Shown here: piece after piece, positions 1-12,820 of the stretch
How positions within the stretch are numbered: the stretch's first letter is position 1
How the letters are laid out: every line of letters begins with the position of its first letter
Assembly (NCBI GenBank): GCA_965235115.1
Contig: OZ249436.1
Span: forward strand, 28,336,001 to 28,400,000
Source of the DNA: Laetmonice hystrix
Taxonomy: Eukaryota
DNA: 64,000 nt
Direction: 5' to 3'
Notes under the pieces: generated by a model
The model's input: only the letters and a program-made list of their open reading frames with translations
The model's database searches: none
What the model was told of the DNA's origin: nothing
Program-made: the position numbers and the translations under genes

Positions 1-39
1 AATTTACATCGGCAACAAATAACATTTATAACGGGAGTA

Positions 40-1494
40 TCAAATGTTTTCACACATTTTATATCTCAAAGAGCGTTTAAACTGGGGAATTGACAGAGTG
101 AAATCAATTTGATTGTCTTTGTAAAATCGATTAAAACTTTGTGGGCCTCTTATTAAGATTGATCTTTCATGTGTTTCATTTATGAAATTAGGTATTATAA
201 ATAAATTAGACTGTCTTGTTGTTCTCAATGGTAAGTTATTGTGAAGAAGGAAAAGTTTTTTCATCGGTTCTGACAGGATTTCTCTATATATTTTGTACAT
301 GAATACTATAATATTATAGTAGTAGAGGTGTTCAAGTGAAAGAATTTTTAATTTTGTGAAGAGAGGCAAAGTATGTTCATAGTAGCTAGAATGAGTTATT
401 ATTCTTATTGCTTTTTTTTGTAACTTTATTAAAGGGTCAATTTTGTTTTTTCGGGCAGCACCCCAGATGATTATGCCAGAGTTAAAATAGCAGTGTAGGA
501 AGGTAAAGTACATATCTACAAGCGTTGCTTTATTTACAATGTTTCGCAATTTATTTAAAATTCCTAAAGATTTAGCAACTTTATTTTTCAAGTATTCAAG
601 ATGAGTTTTCCATGAGAGATTCTCGTCAAGATAATAACCTAGGAATTTAATTGTTGTGACGCGTTCAAGTGACTTGCCATTTAAGACAATATCAATATTT
701 ACAGGTTTTTTTGTGAAGAGCATGTATTTAGATTTATTTATATTCATAGTTAGTTTATTTGCACAGAGCCAAGAATATATGTGCGAGAGTTCGCTATTTA
801 CAATTTGTTCAAGTTGAGTAATACACGAGTCGCTATGTACAAAGTTACTATCATCAGCAAAAAGTATTCCTGAGAGATAATTGGTAACATTGGGAAGATC
901 GTTAATATAAAGGAGGAACATTAGCGGCCCTATCATAGAGCCCTGAGGTACACCCATTGTAATATCCAGGTTTGTAGAAATTACATCCTTATATTTTACT
1001 TGTTGGATTCTGTTTTTTAGATAGTTTTTGAGTAATTTAAGTGGAATTCCTCTAATTCCATAATGTTCCAGTTTTTGCAAAAGAATTTCAAAATTTACGG
1101 TGTCAAACGCTTTTGAGAAATCGAGAAAAATAGCAATGGCATGCTGGTTATTTAATGCTGCTTTAGTGAGTTTATTAATAAGAGATATCACTGCGTGTTC
1201 CGTAGAGTGTTTTTCCCTGAAGCCATATTGGTCTGGATAAAACAAATTGTGTGATTTCAGGAATGTTAGGAGTCTTTTTGTTATAATCTTTTCAAAAATT
1301 TTTGAAATTGTCGGAAGTAACGAGATAGGTCTATAGTTTCCGAAATATTTCTTGTTGCCTGCTTTAAACAAAGGTCGCACAATAGCTCGTTTAAGATCAT
1401 TTGGAAAGTCTCCTTTAGTTAGGCATAGGTTAATAATATGGCATAGGGGATCAGCAAGTATATGTATAACGTTCTGCAGAATATTTTTATATGA
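40..1494 (-). CDS. Non-LTR retrotransposon (LINE; CR1/L2/Jockey-like) ORF2 reverse transcriptase, 5'-truncated
   Basis: The ORF-track protein has NYRPISLL, QYGFR, FLDFSKAFD, GVPQGS, LFADD and FLG motifs. The frame stays open upstream of 1380 to 1494 (..LADPLCHIINLCLTKGDFPNDLKRAIV), then hits a stop at the minisatellite. No endonuclease domain is present. Confidence 0.93.
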   Translation of the reverse strand, partial: SYKNILQNVIHILADPLCHIINLCLTKGDFPNDLKRAIVRPLFKAGNKKYFGNYRPISLLPTISKIFEKIITKRLLTFLKSHNLFYPDQYGFREKHSTEHAVISLINKLTKAALNNQHAIAIFLDFSKAFDTVNFEILLQKLEHYGIRGIPLKLLKNYLKNRIQQVKYKDVISTNLDITMGVPQGSMIGPLMFLLYINDLPNVTNYLSGILFADDSNFVHSDSCITQLEQIVNSELSHIYSWLCANKLTMNINKSKYMLFTKKPVNIDIVLNGKSLERVTTIKFLGYYLDENLSWKTHLEYLKNKVAKSLGILNKLRNIVNKATLVDMYFTFLHCYFNSGIIIWGAARKNKIDPLIKLQKKAIRIITHSSYYEHTLPLFTKLKILSLEHLYYYNIIVFMYKIYREILSEPMKKLFLLHNNLPLRTTRQSNLFIIPNFINETHERSILIRGPQSFNRFYKDNQIDFTLSIPQFKRSLRYKMCENI

Positions 1495-1755
1495 TCAAAG
1501 AAGTAACCACAATTGATGATGACTATAGATAAACGATAGAAAACGTAAGTAACCACAATTGATGATGACCATAGATAAACGATAGAAGTAACCACAATTG
1601 ATAATGACCACAGATAAATGATCAAAGAAGTAACCACAATTGATGATGACTATAGATAAACGATAGAAAACGTAAGTAACCACAATTGATGATAACCACA
1701 ATTGATGATGACCATAGATAAACGATAGAAGTAACCACAACTGATGATGACCGAC
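1495..1755. repeat. Minisatellite with ~39-46 bp units (AAGTAACCACAATTGATGATGAC[C/T]ATAGATAAACGATAG)
   Basis: The unit core recurs at ~1501, 1547, 1586, 1628, 1674 and 1729. Confidence 0.9.
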
Positions 1756-4700
1756 TAAATGCTTCTCTCAATGGCATGTTAACCTCTTAGTGAATGTTGA
1801 CCATCTTACAACAACAATTGAGTTATTGATCAGGCATCCTCAACTACTAAGAATTATTACAATGTGTCAACTTTCTGAATAACAGTTTCTAGCTGCAATG
1901 TTAGGTGACGGAATTCTCGAAGTGGATAAAATTCTAAATAAAGGGTCAAGATTGACGTCAAGCCTTCCTCTATCACAATGTATCACACAGATATTATCTG
2001 TCATGTTCAGATGTTTAAAATATCTCCATCCATGTGCTGAGAAAGATTGGCGCCGATAATGAAATGCATACGACAGATCCCCCACGCTGCCGATAAGACT
2101 GAGGGGCTCTCCATGCGGACATAGTAGGAATTCCTCCCTGATTCTGGTCGTTAGGACCTGCCCTGGTCCTGATTGCTTGTCACGCCAGGTCGATGGGCGC
2201 AGGGGGAGGGGGTTGATGGGGGCCTGCGTGTTATGACCTGGCCTCTGTCAGGGGCCGTTCGTTGGCCGGTTGATCCCCTCACCGCCGACAGCCAACATAA
2301 TTCACGCTGGAAAACTACCATCACCATCATCACGACTACCAATCGCCCAACTTCCAAATTTGCCCGTGGTTCATTTCCAATGCGCTGCTGCTTCCGCTTT
2401 GTAAATGGTACTTGTTCATGCTTGTAGTAGATGCAATGCAACACTTCCTGCCAAAATGGTCCATTCCACCATTCAAATACATCAAGTTGATCAATGTTCT
2501 TTCACATCAGACCTGTAAATATTACTCTCAATTTCTGCGTAAAAATATGTTCCAAGTAATATACAGTACTGTTGTGGCAACCGTTCCTTTTAGCAAAGCG
2601 CTGTTACTATATAGAGTATATACGAAACAACATCGTTTAATGGAGATATAGGCCTATTGTGTGAACTGTCATGGAATGTCAGGCTGTTGACCCTTGAGTC
2701 TCACGTATTATCATGTTCACTCTCACCTTTCAATATACATGTATCATATATAGTAACACTGCGGTCACGCCAAAGATACTACCGAACCGCTCTATATGGA
2801 ACCTACAGAATACGCTACCAAGACTCTTTTTATAAAACATTCCACCTACCCGATAATGCCCTATCTAAATATTCTCAGCATCTGCTTTTCTTTCTTTCTT
2901 TCTTTCTTTCCTTTTTCTTTCATTTTTTAACCAATTTAACCCTACTACAGCCATTTCTTATTTGCTATCAGATGCTGTCTTTTCGGCACTCTACTTGAGA
3001 AGTTATCTTCATTTACGAATAATCACTTTTTAATAACTTTAATTAAAAACCAAGAACATCTGGCCGATAGTCCCTATCAAATAAAATGACAATTAACATA
3101 CTGATGAAAAATTCGTAGACAATCATCACTGACTGCAAACACACAACACCTGAGGACACAGGCGGCGGAGGTGGGGAACAAGGGGGGCACTGCCCCCACC
3201 CCAATATTTCTTTATGGTATATTATTAATTATTCCTAGATCTGTTTTTGTATCTATATATGATAACAACCATGTTCCACTACCTCAAGCAAAAAGCCCCG
3301 CCCCAATATATTACAAACTGTATCCTGGTAATCAAGGGTGTACAAACTGTATCCTGGTAATCAAGGGTGTACTGACAGAATTGTACACAGGTATATTGTT
3401 ACAACATGTCTGTGCGGAATAGGGTATAAATATACTATAATGCAGGCTTTATCATCGTCTTATTTCCACGCAACAAAACGCCGTTTTACGATGCCAAGCA
3501 TAGCAAAAGTGTAACGTCATTTCTAAAAAGATGACTGAAGCATTGATAAGGTTGGGGAGATAATCACAGAGGTCTACAACACAACAAACAATGCAGGCAG
3601 GACTGACAAGTGTCTTTCCACAAACACACCCGAATGTGTGTTTAAAATCAAAACAGACATGTCATTGCCATCAAACTTTATACTGGTATAAGATAAGACT
3701 TTATCATTTATTGTCCCAACTCAGTGGTATTGTCAATGAAAATAACCCCTTAGATCTCCCACATTGCTTCAGACTGATAAAACAACAATAATGATAAACA
3801 ACAGGTTATAAATACATGCATGAGACATCAAACCCACTGACCGACAAGAATGATAATAAAAAATCATGAAACCACCTTAATATCATTGTTCTGCCTACAG
3901 TTCATAAATTAACGGCAATCACTTTTAACAGCAGTCATACGAATTGTCAGGAATACCTTACTTGCATGGCTACCGTACCATAAATAACCCTTAATAAGCA
4001 CGATTTGACAGACTGGGCACTAGTTTCTTTACAGGACAGCTGTGTCACGAAGCCATACTTTTATACCGTCTTTATGCGGCATTAAACTCCGCCATTATTT
4101 TAGACAAACTGACTCAGTCATATTACCAATCAGACAGAGTGATTACCGACATCCTTAGTACGATTTCTCTGCTTGACCTCAGCTCACGGTCCTAACGATA
4201 AACCTGCCAACTTGTTCCCCTAATTGCAGCCTATTCTACCGTAGCTGAAATCCACTGTGGATCTGGGTAAGTGATTGATATCAACTCCCTTTGTCAAGTT
4301 CATCGCCACGATCTATAGGTGCAATATGTAGGCAAATTAGATTGGTGCCGATATGAAGTGTTGGTTTGCTAGCGGAAATATGGTTTGTGGCAGCGACGGA
4401 ACAATATGGCGACATTTGGCCAGGACCAACAAACAAATCATCTGACTGATGACCGACTGCAATGATGTATGTCTGAGAGACGGTACTGGTCAGCGTTCTC
4501 ATGATATCAATAAAGTATGGTCAATGTACATTGTGGCTGGAGGACCAACAGCGCCAATGAAGGTAAACGTAAAGAACGCCACAAAAATCGTGCCACAAAG
4601 AGGTGTGCAGTGCATGTAGGCCTATATAGCAACTTTCTGATGGGTCGAACCGCCCGGCATAGTCTACACGGGAGAAAATCGGCCGATAGAAGAGTCGGTA

Positions 4701-4798
4701 AGTTTATGCCGGGCTCTATTAAAATTTCTTGTCATAATATGAAAGGAAGCTGCAGAGAAACGATCCGGTAGGGACTGGCGACCAAACCATGGCAAAAA

Positions 4799-5009
4799 CT
4801 CGCGGTTAGAGGCCTTACTCGCGGTTGGAGGCCCAATTCGCGGTTAGAGGCCCAATTCGCGGTTAGAGGCCCAATTCGCGGTTAGAGGCCCAACTCGCGG
4901 TTAGAGGCCCAACTCGCGGTTAGAGGCCCAACTTGATTCGCGGTTAGAGGCTCAACTCACGGTTAGAGGCCCAACTCGCGGTTAGAGGCCCAACTCGCGG
5001 TTAGAGGCC
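4799..5009. repeat. 19-bp tandem repeat (CTCGCGGTTAGAGGCCCAA), ~11 copies
   Basis: Directly visible tandem units. Confidence 0.95.
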
Positions 5010-7564
5010 TTGTTTTAATGCATTTCGCATGTTCGACATCAGAGGTGCCTCCTGCAGGCTTGTTGGAGTGCTAACAGTAGTAAAAGAACTGACTTCTGGA
5101 ACTGACTCATGCTGATATGAAAATGAGCAATGGTTCTGGACATGTTTCTTGGCTTTCCTGCTTCTTCTCACTCAGTATTGTCACATATAAAACCGCAATA
5201 CATTTGTACATGAGAAAACTTGCGCAACGGATCCGGTATTTACACAGGATATCATTCAATTCCACACGCTCTTCATTTTTCATATAGAAAACTTAGGGCA
5301 GGTTCACAATGGTAATACCCGGGTCAATAGTGGTGAGCTGTATGTGAAGATACCAGATACCAGTGAACGTCCTCACCTGGCATTGACTTGAACAACCAAT
5401 GAAATCAGTTCACCGATGAATTTTATTGGCTGTTCTAGTCAATTTCAGGTCAACAACCAGCCATGAGACGTTCGCTTCATGGCAACAAGCAACCAAAATG
5501 TTGAATTTCATTAGATTTTTTTCCATTTCTGTGGATAAATATTTATTGCTTTATGTAGTCTTATCTAACCTACAGCCGATGTCTGCATTTTGGAGTCATT
5601 GAAATAAGAGATACTCGGTGATTGCTTTAAAACGGGGCCCCTGGGTAGAGAATCCATTGGTCCATCAATTTTGATGGGCACATTTAACAAGGAGAGTCAC
5701 GTATCGACATTGTAAAGGGGGGTCGAATGTAGAGAATGATGGTACGCCGCAACCTCGGAATTTAAAAAGGGGAAAAATAGATTGAGTGTTATTTTGTCTG
5801 CTCGTTGTGGTCCTGCATGTACCGCATGAAGAGTCAGGTCGAAACATTACTCTAGGTTTTTCTGCTCCATTCAACTGTCATTTATCGGTCGATTTATGTG
5901 TCCCCTCACGTGGTTTGAGAACATAATCAACCCTGTACGACTTGATGACACAGAAACTAAAGAAATATGGAACATGGTTGATGTTGTAAGAGGAATAAAA
6001 GAAATCCGCTCAAAACCAAATAAGCACGGTTGGCCGCGTTCAGCTCTCCACTCTCTTTACCAACGGCATCATTTCGATATTGAATACATTGGAGTAAGTG
6101 ATAACCAAGGATAAAACTCCAAAGGATATATCTATAGGCAAGTCCCTGGAGAACTACCCCTGAAGATCTACTACAATAACAAGCACCCTACTTATATACT
6201 GCACTGTCTAATTGCATTCAAAACAAATGTCTGATAAATTTGACTTCTACATCCACGTCCGGGATCCACCTGTTAACGGCAACCAACAAACCACATAACA
6301 GCCCCCCCCCCCTCCCCATCCCTCATCCCCCTTTTTGAGTCTCATGATAAAGCGGCTGACAAATCACGGTTTGTGGTTGGCTAGGTGTCACTGTGCAGCT
6401 GTCATCTACAACCGCAGGTCACCGCGGGTCACGTGATATACAGCTGAGTCGGATTTATCGTCACCTGTTGCACTTTACACATTCGGGCTGCAATACAGCC
6501 AAGCTCGTCTCATTTCAGATCGGTTTAGCAGGGGATATCACCGTCCCAGGCCACAGCCCATCCAGGGACGAATCTGTGTGTATAGGGTGGTGTGGTGGTG
6601 GAGGAATTACCGGAGCACCCGGGAGAAAACACTGACCCTGCAGCAACTGATTATGGTACACGAATCTGACAGGTGGCATAGTTTCCCATTTCTGTTGCAT
6701 ATTGCCGCCACGGATCCAATATTTTTTAAGGGGGGGGGGGGCACACAGACTTTTTAAGAATAGGCATTCATTAAAACTAATCTCGAAATTCTCACTTGAA
6801 TTTAATAACAACGTTATATGAACCAAACGAACATCATTTATTCATACAGCCAAATAATGTAACAATCTTGATCACATTATAATGCCGCAGTCTTTGAACT
6901 GAAAAAAATAAGTATGCTCGGCCAACTGAGGGGGAGCACGTGCCCCAGGAGCCCCCCCCCCCCCACCCCCAATCTGTGCCTGCATTGTGGTTGTTTTGAA
7001 TCCTAGTGGCACTAGCTTTTTCTGAATAGATTTAAGAATACGTTTTAGCCTTTCGTATTATTGTAATTACTGTATTTTTTTTAATCTCTAGGTGTATCAT
7101 TCACATATGCCTCGCCCCTTCCCAAGATATAGCAAAGAGATCTATGGATATTTAAGTTATATGTACTTAGAGACACCATTACATCAATCTTTGCCTTTAG
7201 ATTTAGTTACTTTAGACTACCATAACATGACGATATTTGAAGTTAGTAACCCTCTATCGGAATGGTTCGATACAGAACAGCCTCGACTGAAGACTGTGTT
7301 TTCGTTGTCCTCAATTTATCCATTTTAATCTCCATCCTTCACCTGATCTTTAAAGGTCATAGAATCATTATATCTCTTGTAATTCATACGTCGGGAGATA
7401 TTTAGAGCGTTGAAAAGAAAAGTAGAAATCATCAACCCTGTACCTACACGTTGCCCTAATAGTACTGTACATGTAATTATACAAAACACTGCCTTGATCT
7501 CAAGACAAGTTTTATTTTCAACCAAGATAAAAAAAATCCTCACAAACACAGGATATAAAACCTA

Positions 7565-7890
7565 ACGAACCTCAGGCGCCATGATACAGCAATGATACTG
7601 AGCCCCAGGCGCAGCAGTTGTAAAACGTATGATCCCCAGGCGCCATGATGCAGCAAAGATACTGAGCCCCAGACGCAACGGTACAGGAAACCTGGGGATC
7701 TCCAGGCGCCACGATACAGGGAAGAGACTGATCCCGAGGCGCAATGGTAGCCTACAGGAAACCTGGCGATCCTCAGGCGCCACGATCCAGGAAAGTTACT
7801 GAGTCCCAGGCGCCAAGGTACAGGAAATCTAACGAGGCCAAGATGCCACGGTCAATATCTCTGGGAAACTTAACGAACCCAAGTGGCCAC
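7565..7890. repeat. Degenerate ~33-bp tandem repeat (CCCAGGCGCCA..GATACAGGAAA..)
   Basis: A CAGGCGC-like core recurs at ~7570, 7603, 7634, 7667, 7700, 7733, 7771 and 7804. Confidence 0.8.
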
Positions 7891-9523
7891 GTGAATTTCA
7901 GCTTCTTGTGAGATGTACGACTGGTCAATGCCAATCAGCAAATGATCGGCACATAGGCCGGCCAGTTTGTGAGCAATCGTATAGAGATTGTAACGCCACA
8001 ATGAATTGCAGGAGGAAGATCACACTTGACGTCCAAATGACGTTTTTGTGACATTCTAAATGTCCTGGTGGATGAAAGCATCAACATTATGCTTTTGGGA
8101 TATCAGAGCCAACCTCTCCGCTTCCCCTTTACAGTTTAAATTTAGCTTACTTTTTCTCAATGTATATTTTCTATGAATGATTCATAAATAAGGCCACAAA
8201 TCCTGCTTTGTAATTCCCCAGTAACATACCCGTAGTCTGCAGTCAAGCGAAGGGCCCAGCCTTCAAGTGGGGCTTTAGGAAACACAGATACAGAGAAATG
8301 AGCCAACCCGTTGAAAACTCCAATTCCAACTTGACTATGTATTTGATCTGAATCGATTCAGTATGCCTGATCCTAGGGCTCGTGGTTGGGATTCGGTAAG
8401 GTGCAAACCTATTACCGCTGATAGACCTACATACATGTATACACAAGCTCAAATAAAACCACGTCCTCTTTTCTTTATGGGCAGTCCGCTGTCATTATAA
8501 CAAGCCTATGCGTACTTAAAGCTTGATTTTTAGGATTTGGTTTTGGTGACAGTGTATACATGTGTCCTTGCTTGTTTTGCTCTTCCTTCCTTTTATGTTT
8601 GAAGGGCAGGGCGTGTGGGGGGGGGGGGGGGGGGGGTCACATCACTGCAGCGACACGGCAGCGCTCACTTCAATATGCACGAGCAACAGTTAATGTATTA
8701 CATTTACCGGACTCTGCACTGCCCCTTAAACAGTTACACTGACCCATTTTTACCAAACATTCTGGGTACGTGCCATACCATTCACGACCTGAACTTTGGG
8801 AACCCAGTATAAACTAATCCATACGAGGCAATCGTCCTGTATTTCATCCTCCACCCCTGGGCCTACACAAGATAAAAGAACTATTTTTTTAATGGGCAAT
8901 GTCATCTTAGGTACAAAAGGTTTACTGTTGCACCAGCTGACTTCTTATCAGTAATTCCGAATAATCGACATCCCCTTTATGCACTCGTCATACGACGTCT
9001 ACACATAAAGATATATCGTATGGAAAACAGAGATAAATTAACGTCTCCTTTCATGGACTTAATCGATTGCATGTTGCTTTTCTTTGTCCGGCACCAAAAC
9101 AAATAGTTACATAATTAACAATGAGAAGAGATCGTATGGAATAAAAGCATACGAAATCATTTTCAAACAATTTTCATCTACAATACACACTATTCTTATG
9201 GCTGTTGATAGTAATGGAAAAATCTCGGTGACAATCAGTTAGGCCTAATTGAAATTCTGAACACTGAACGGTTCATTTTCTGAAAATTACCCCCCCCCCA
9301 TTATATATTTGGCGGTCTACTACTACGTTAGAGGTACAGTTTATCTTAGGCTACCACAATGACTTTTAAAAAAAACAATATCATGCTAAAGCTTCACACA
9401 TTATGGTTCAAATATTCCAATCAATGGCTGAGGTATAACAAAATCATGTCATCAGTTCGTCAAGATGCAGATAACGCACGTGTCCTCCCACTATATACAA
9501 CGCCTATCCAGTGTCAATATATA

Positions 9524-10377
9524 TCGGGTGGATAAAAAAAACGCCCCGAACTTTAAACTTTAATATTCCAAAAACTATGCATTATAATTCAACAAAATTT
9601 CTCTAAATATCACTTCATCATATTATCTCTGGTATGTTAAAGTTTCAGCTCAATAGCTTTGATATTAATCCTGTGGCGCTAAAAACAAAAATCAGTGTCT
9701 AAAAATGCAATGCCGGAATTAGGTCAAATATCATGCCGCTGCCAGGTGTCCAATTTGACACCTGTTTGATTCACCGCAATGTACCTTGGGTAAAGAAAAA
9801 TTCAATATTTAGTTTTTGCATGTTTTACAATATGTATCATGTTGTGGACCACTAGATATAATAAAATATGTGCTATTCCTAGTACTTTTAGAGAAAAACA
9901 GATGTTTAATGTGCCAAACCCTACAGAGAAACTGCAACATTAGGACGACGTGACTGTAACGAGAAGTTCTAGGGAAATCGTATCATTATCACGTTTGGCA
10001 ACACGTTCAGAACGTTGCGTATTTCCCAATGTTGGGAAGATATTTCCCTATCAGAGATTAGGAAGTGCATTGGCTCATGGAAAAAGAGACTGAGAGCAGT
10101 ATGGAGTGAAAACGGGGGACCGATTGACCACCTACTCTAGTGTGAGGCCAGGGACTCTGGGTGCGACTACAACTCGCTTTAGGCCGGCATTGCGTTTTTG
10201 TACAATGATTTTTGTTTTTAGCCCCACGGAAATATTATCCAAGCTATTGAGTTGTAACATTAACAACTAAGAGACAACATCATGAAGTGATACTAAGAAA
10301 AATTTCATTGAATTACAATCATTACTTCTTGAAATATTGAAGTTTAAAGTTCGGGGCGTTTTTTTTTATCCACCCGA
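9524..10377 (+). mobile_element. Non-autonomous Tc1/mariner element with long TIRs and a transposase C-terminal remnant
   Basis: Ends read TA|TCGGGTGGATAAAAAAAACGCCCCGAACTTTAAACTT ... AAGTTTAAAGTTCGGGGCGTTTTTTTTATCCACCCGA|TA, with imperfect inverted similarity over ~190 bp. The internal 10031-10140 translates CWEDISLSEIRKCIGSWKKRLRAVWSENGGPIDHLL*, a typical Tc1/mariner transposase C-terminus. Confidence 0.9.
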
Positions 10378-10606
10378 TATAACGCCGACATCCAGTGTCA
10401 ATGTAACAAACTAGGATACTACCCGAGTATATCTCATCACATACAATAATTGCCTGGCTTGTTCTAATGATATAACCTTTCCTCGGCTTCATCCGAGATC
10501 ATTGGCTTTGGGCTAAAGCTAGCATTCCAAATCGACCAACCCATCGGGTTTTGTCAGAATCATCTGCCAAAGTCGAACGTATTTGGCTTTGGGCGATGCG
10601 ATATGG

Positions 10607-12820
10607 CTACCGTGACATATGTTTGGTTCGCTCTCCATGCCTTTCGGAGAGCTGTAACATACACGAATGAATGAAGAAATTGTCATTCTTACAGCTTTCA
10701 TATCGCGTTATAAGATCTCGATGCACTCCTTACAAAATTTATCTGTCGGATCCTATACCGCGGTCTGAAAGATGCTGGGATCATGGCCCCCTGTAGAGTT
10801 GTCGTCGGAATAACAAGGAATACCTTTTAAAAAAACACTGGACCCCCCCCCCCCCCTGTGGAAGGCTCATCTAGTCTGTCAAAAGAACACGTTACTTACC
10901 GTCATGGGATGCTGGCGTATTTTCATTGGTCCAAAGTTGACTTCACTGTTGGCACCCTGTTGAGAGAGATGGATATACATGTAGTTGCAATATAAAAGGA
11001 TACTATTTAAATGAATTATTTACAGATTTAAATTTTACCTGAAAGCTTTCCTTCTGTCAAATTTATCTGTTTCAGAATTATTTATGAACGACCCACAATC
11101 GGCCCCTTGAAATGGCCACCGTGGTGAATGAACATAGCCATGTATATGCTGCTACCTATATGCACAGTATACGCGTTTCACACATGGTTTTTTTTGTTAT
11201 TGGGAGAATCAAACAATGCTCGTTTATCTGCCCCTATTTCCCACTACACATTCACGATATTATTACATAACATCACTCGTGTTCTTAAATATATAGGCCT
11301 ATAATATATAAATGGTCCATTTTTTATTAATCAGATCTTATTGTATTCAGGCGTGCGTTTCAATATCAAAAGATATCTTTACCAAAGATGTCTTTTGGAC
11401 TAGTGCAGTCTGGATGGGGAGAGAGCGAGTGTTTCAATAAAAACCTCGCACCTGGCTCCAGCGCGGAAGTTTTCAAAGATATCTTTGGACTTTAATTGAA
11501 ACGCACCCCTGGCTCCGGTTTCAGAAAGGCTCTAAGCAACAAGCTTTAAGCTAAGCAGAACTACGGGAGCCCATAGGGACATAGACCTTTAGTGTTTTTA
11601 ACTTTAATTGATTTTCATCTATATTTTCACAGTGATAATAATTTAACAGTGGTGGCAATTTTTTCACCGTGATGAAATTTCCACTGCCGTGAAAATACCC
11701 ATGAAAAAAATCATTATAGAAAGTTAAAGTGTCTGTTTCGTCTTGGGCCATCGTAGCCTTGCTTAGCTTCAGGCTTGCTGCTGACAGCCTTTCTGAAACC
11801 AGGGCCTGGTCAACTCATTCATAAGTGGATTTTTGGCCTAATGACTATTTAGTTGGCTGACTGCACTGTATTGTGTAGTAACACCAGAGAGAGAGAAGCA
11901 TGCAGCACGTGGCTCGGCTCCTGATTTGATTCTAAGGACATTGTTATGAATGCTTTTACTTTTTTTTTCATTCTGAAGCCATATCCAATGTACACATTAA
12001 TATCCTGGGTGGACTGATAAGGCTGGGAGAGCAGGTCGGATAGAAGCCTGCGATCTCTGACCTTTGATGCGAATAGGGTGTCCAATTACAATGGCAACAG
12101 ATCGACACAATCACTTTACATTTAGAGTGTCGGCCCTACGCCCACAGCATGGAAACATGCACGCTCAGCGCTGAGTTTCTGGTAGAGTTGTCACTACAAC
12201 AGCAGCTTCCCTTTTTCAATGATTGTAGGCCTATAATAAAACTACAAAACGCCAGGATTACTGGATTAGTGAAGCTGTTGTATATGCTACATAATTATAG
12301 TGCAAAATATGATAGTACACGTGCGACATAGAACATTTCTATTATTGAGATGTAGCCTAAACCTTTCCATGTAGGGTACTCCTCGTTGCGCTACAAGTTG
12401 AGGGGCAACTTGAGAGTGCGGTACTGCTGAGCACGAAACTCGGACAGTGGACTCGAAAGTGGACACAGTCGGGGCCGATCACAAGACATATGTAGGCCTA
12501 CCTAAACACTTCCCCCATGTTAGTGCACGTAGGCTATATAAACTTCCTCTAGCCAACTGACCTAACGGACTGGCGACATATATTTGCTGCAGCATGTCCT
12601 AGCTATAGGAGGCTGCAATACGGACGATATCCACAGCTCTAGCAGCCCCGAACGCCGGGACACCGACCGACCGACGTAAGCCGACACATTTCCAACCAGA
12701 CGTCATACTCACCCCCTTCACCACGTTCAGATGCTGGCTGTTCCCCTTATTCCTTCTGTTCCCGACATATTTCTTATAACACTGCATTTTGGCCGGTGCA
12801 CAAGAGCAAACACACGTCAT
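10607..12820 (-). CDS. Possible small spliced gene (exons 12820-12713, 10956-10900, 10790-10734, 10651-10607; ~88 aa), product unknown
   Basis: Canonical donors (GTGAGT, GTAAGT, GTAAGG) and CAG acceptors. All junctions are phase 0 and join without a stop. No recognisable domain. Confidence 0.28.
11349..11510. mobile_element. Short MITE (PIF/Harbinger-like)
   Basis: Inverted ends AGGCGTGCGTTTCAAT ... ATTGAAACGCACCCCT, with AAAGATATCTTT in both arms. Confidence 0.6.
11511..11806. mobile_element. MITE (PIF/Harbinger-like) directly adjacent to the previous one
   Basis: Inverted ends GGCTCCGGTTTCAGAAAGGCT ... AGCCTTTCTGAAACCAGGGCC, with imperfect arms of ~60 bp. Confidence 0.7.

Noticed and set aside
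1419..1740. Hydrophobic ORFs resembling membrane peptides
   Set aside because: They are by-products of the minisatellite.
4140..4520. Degenerate LINE RNase H-region remnant
   Set aside because: Multiple stops and frameshifts; the similarity is too faint to support by eye.
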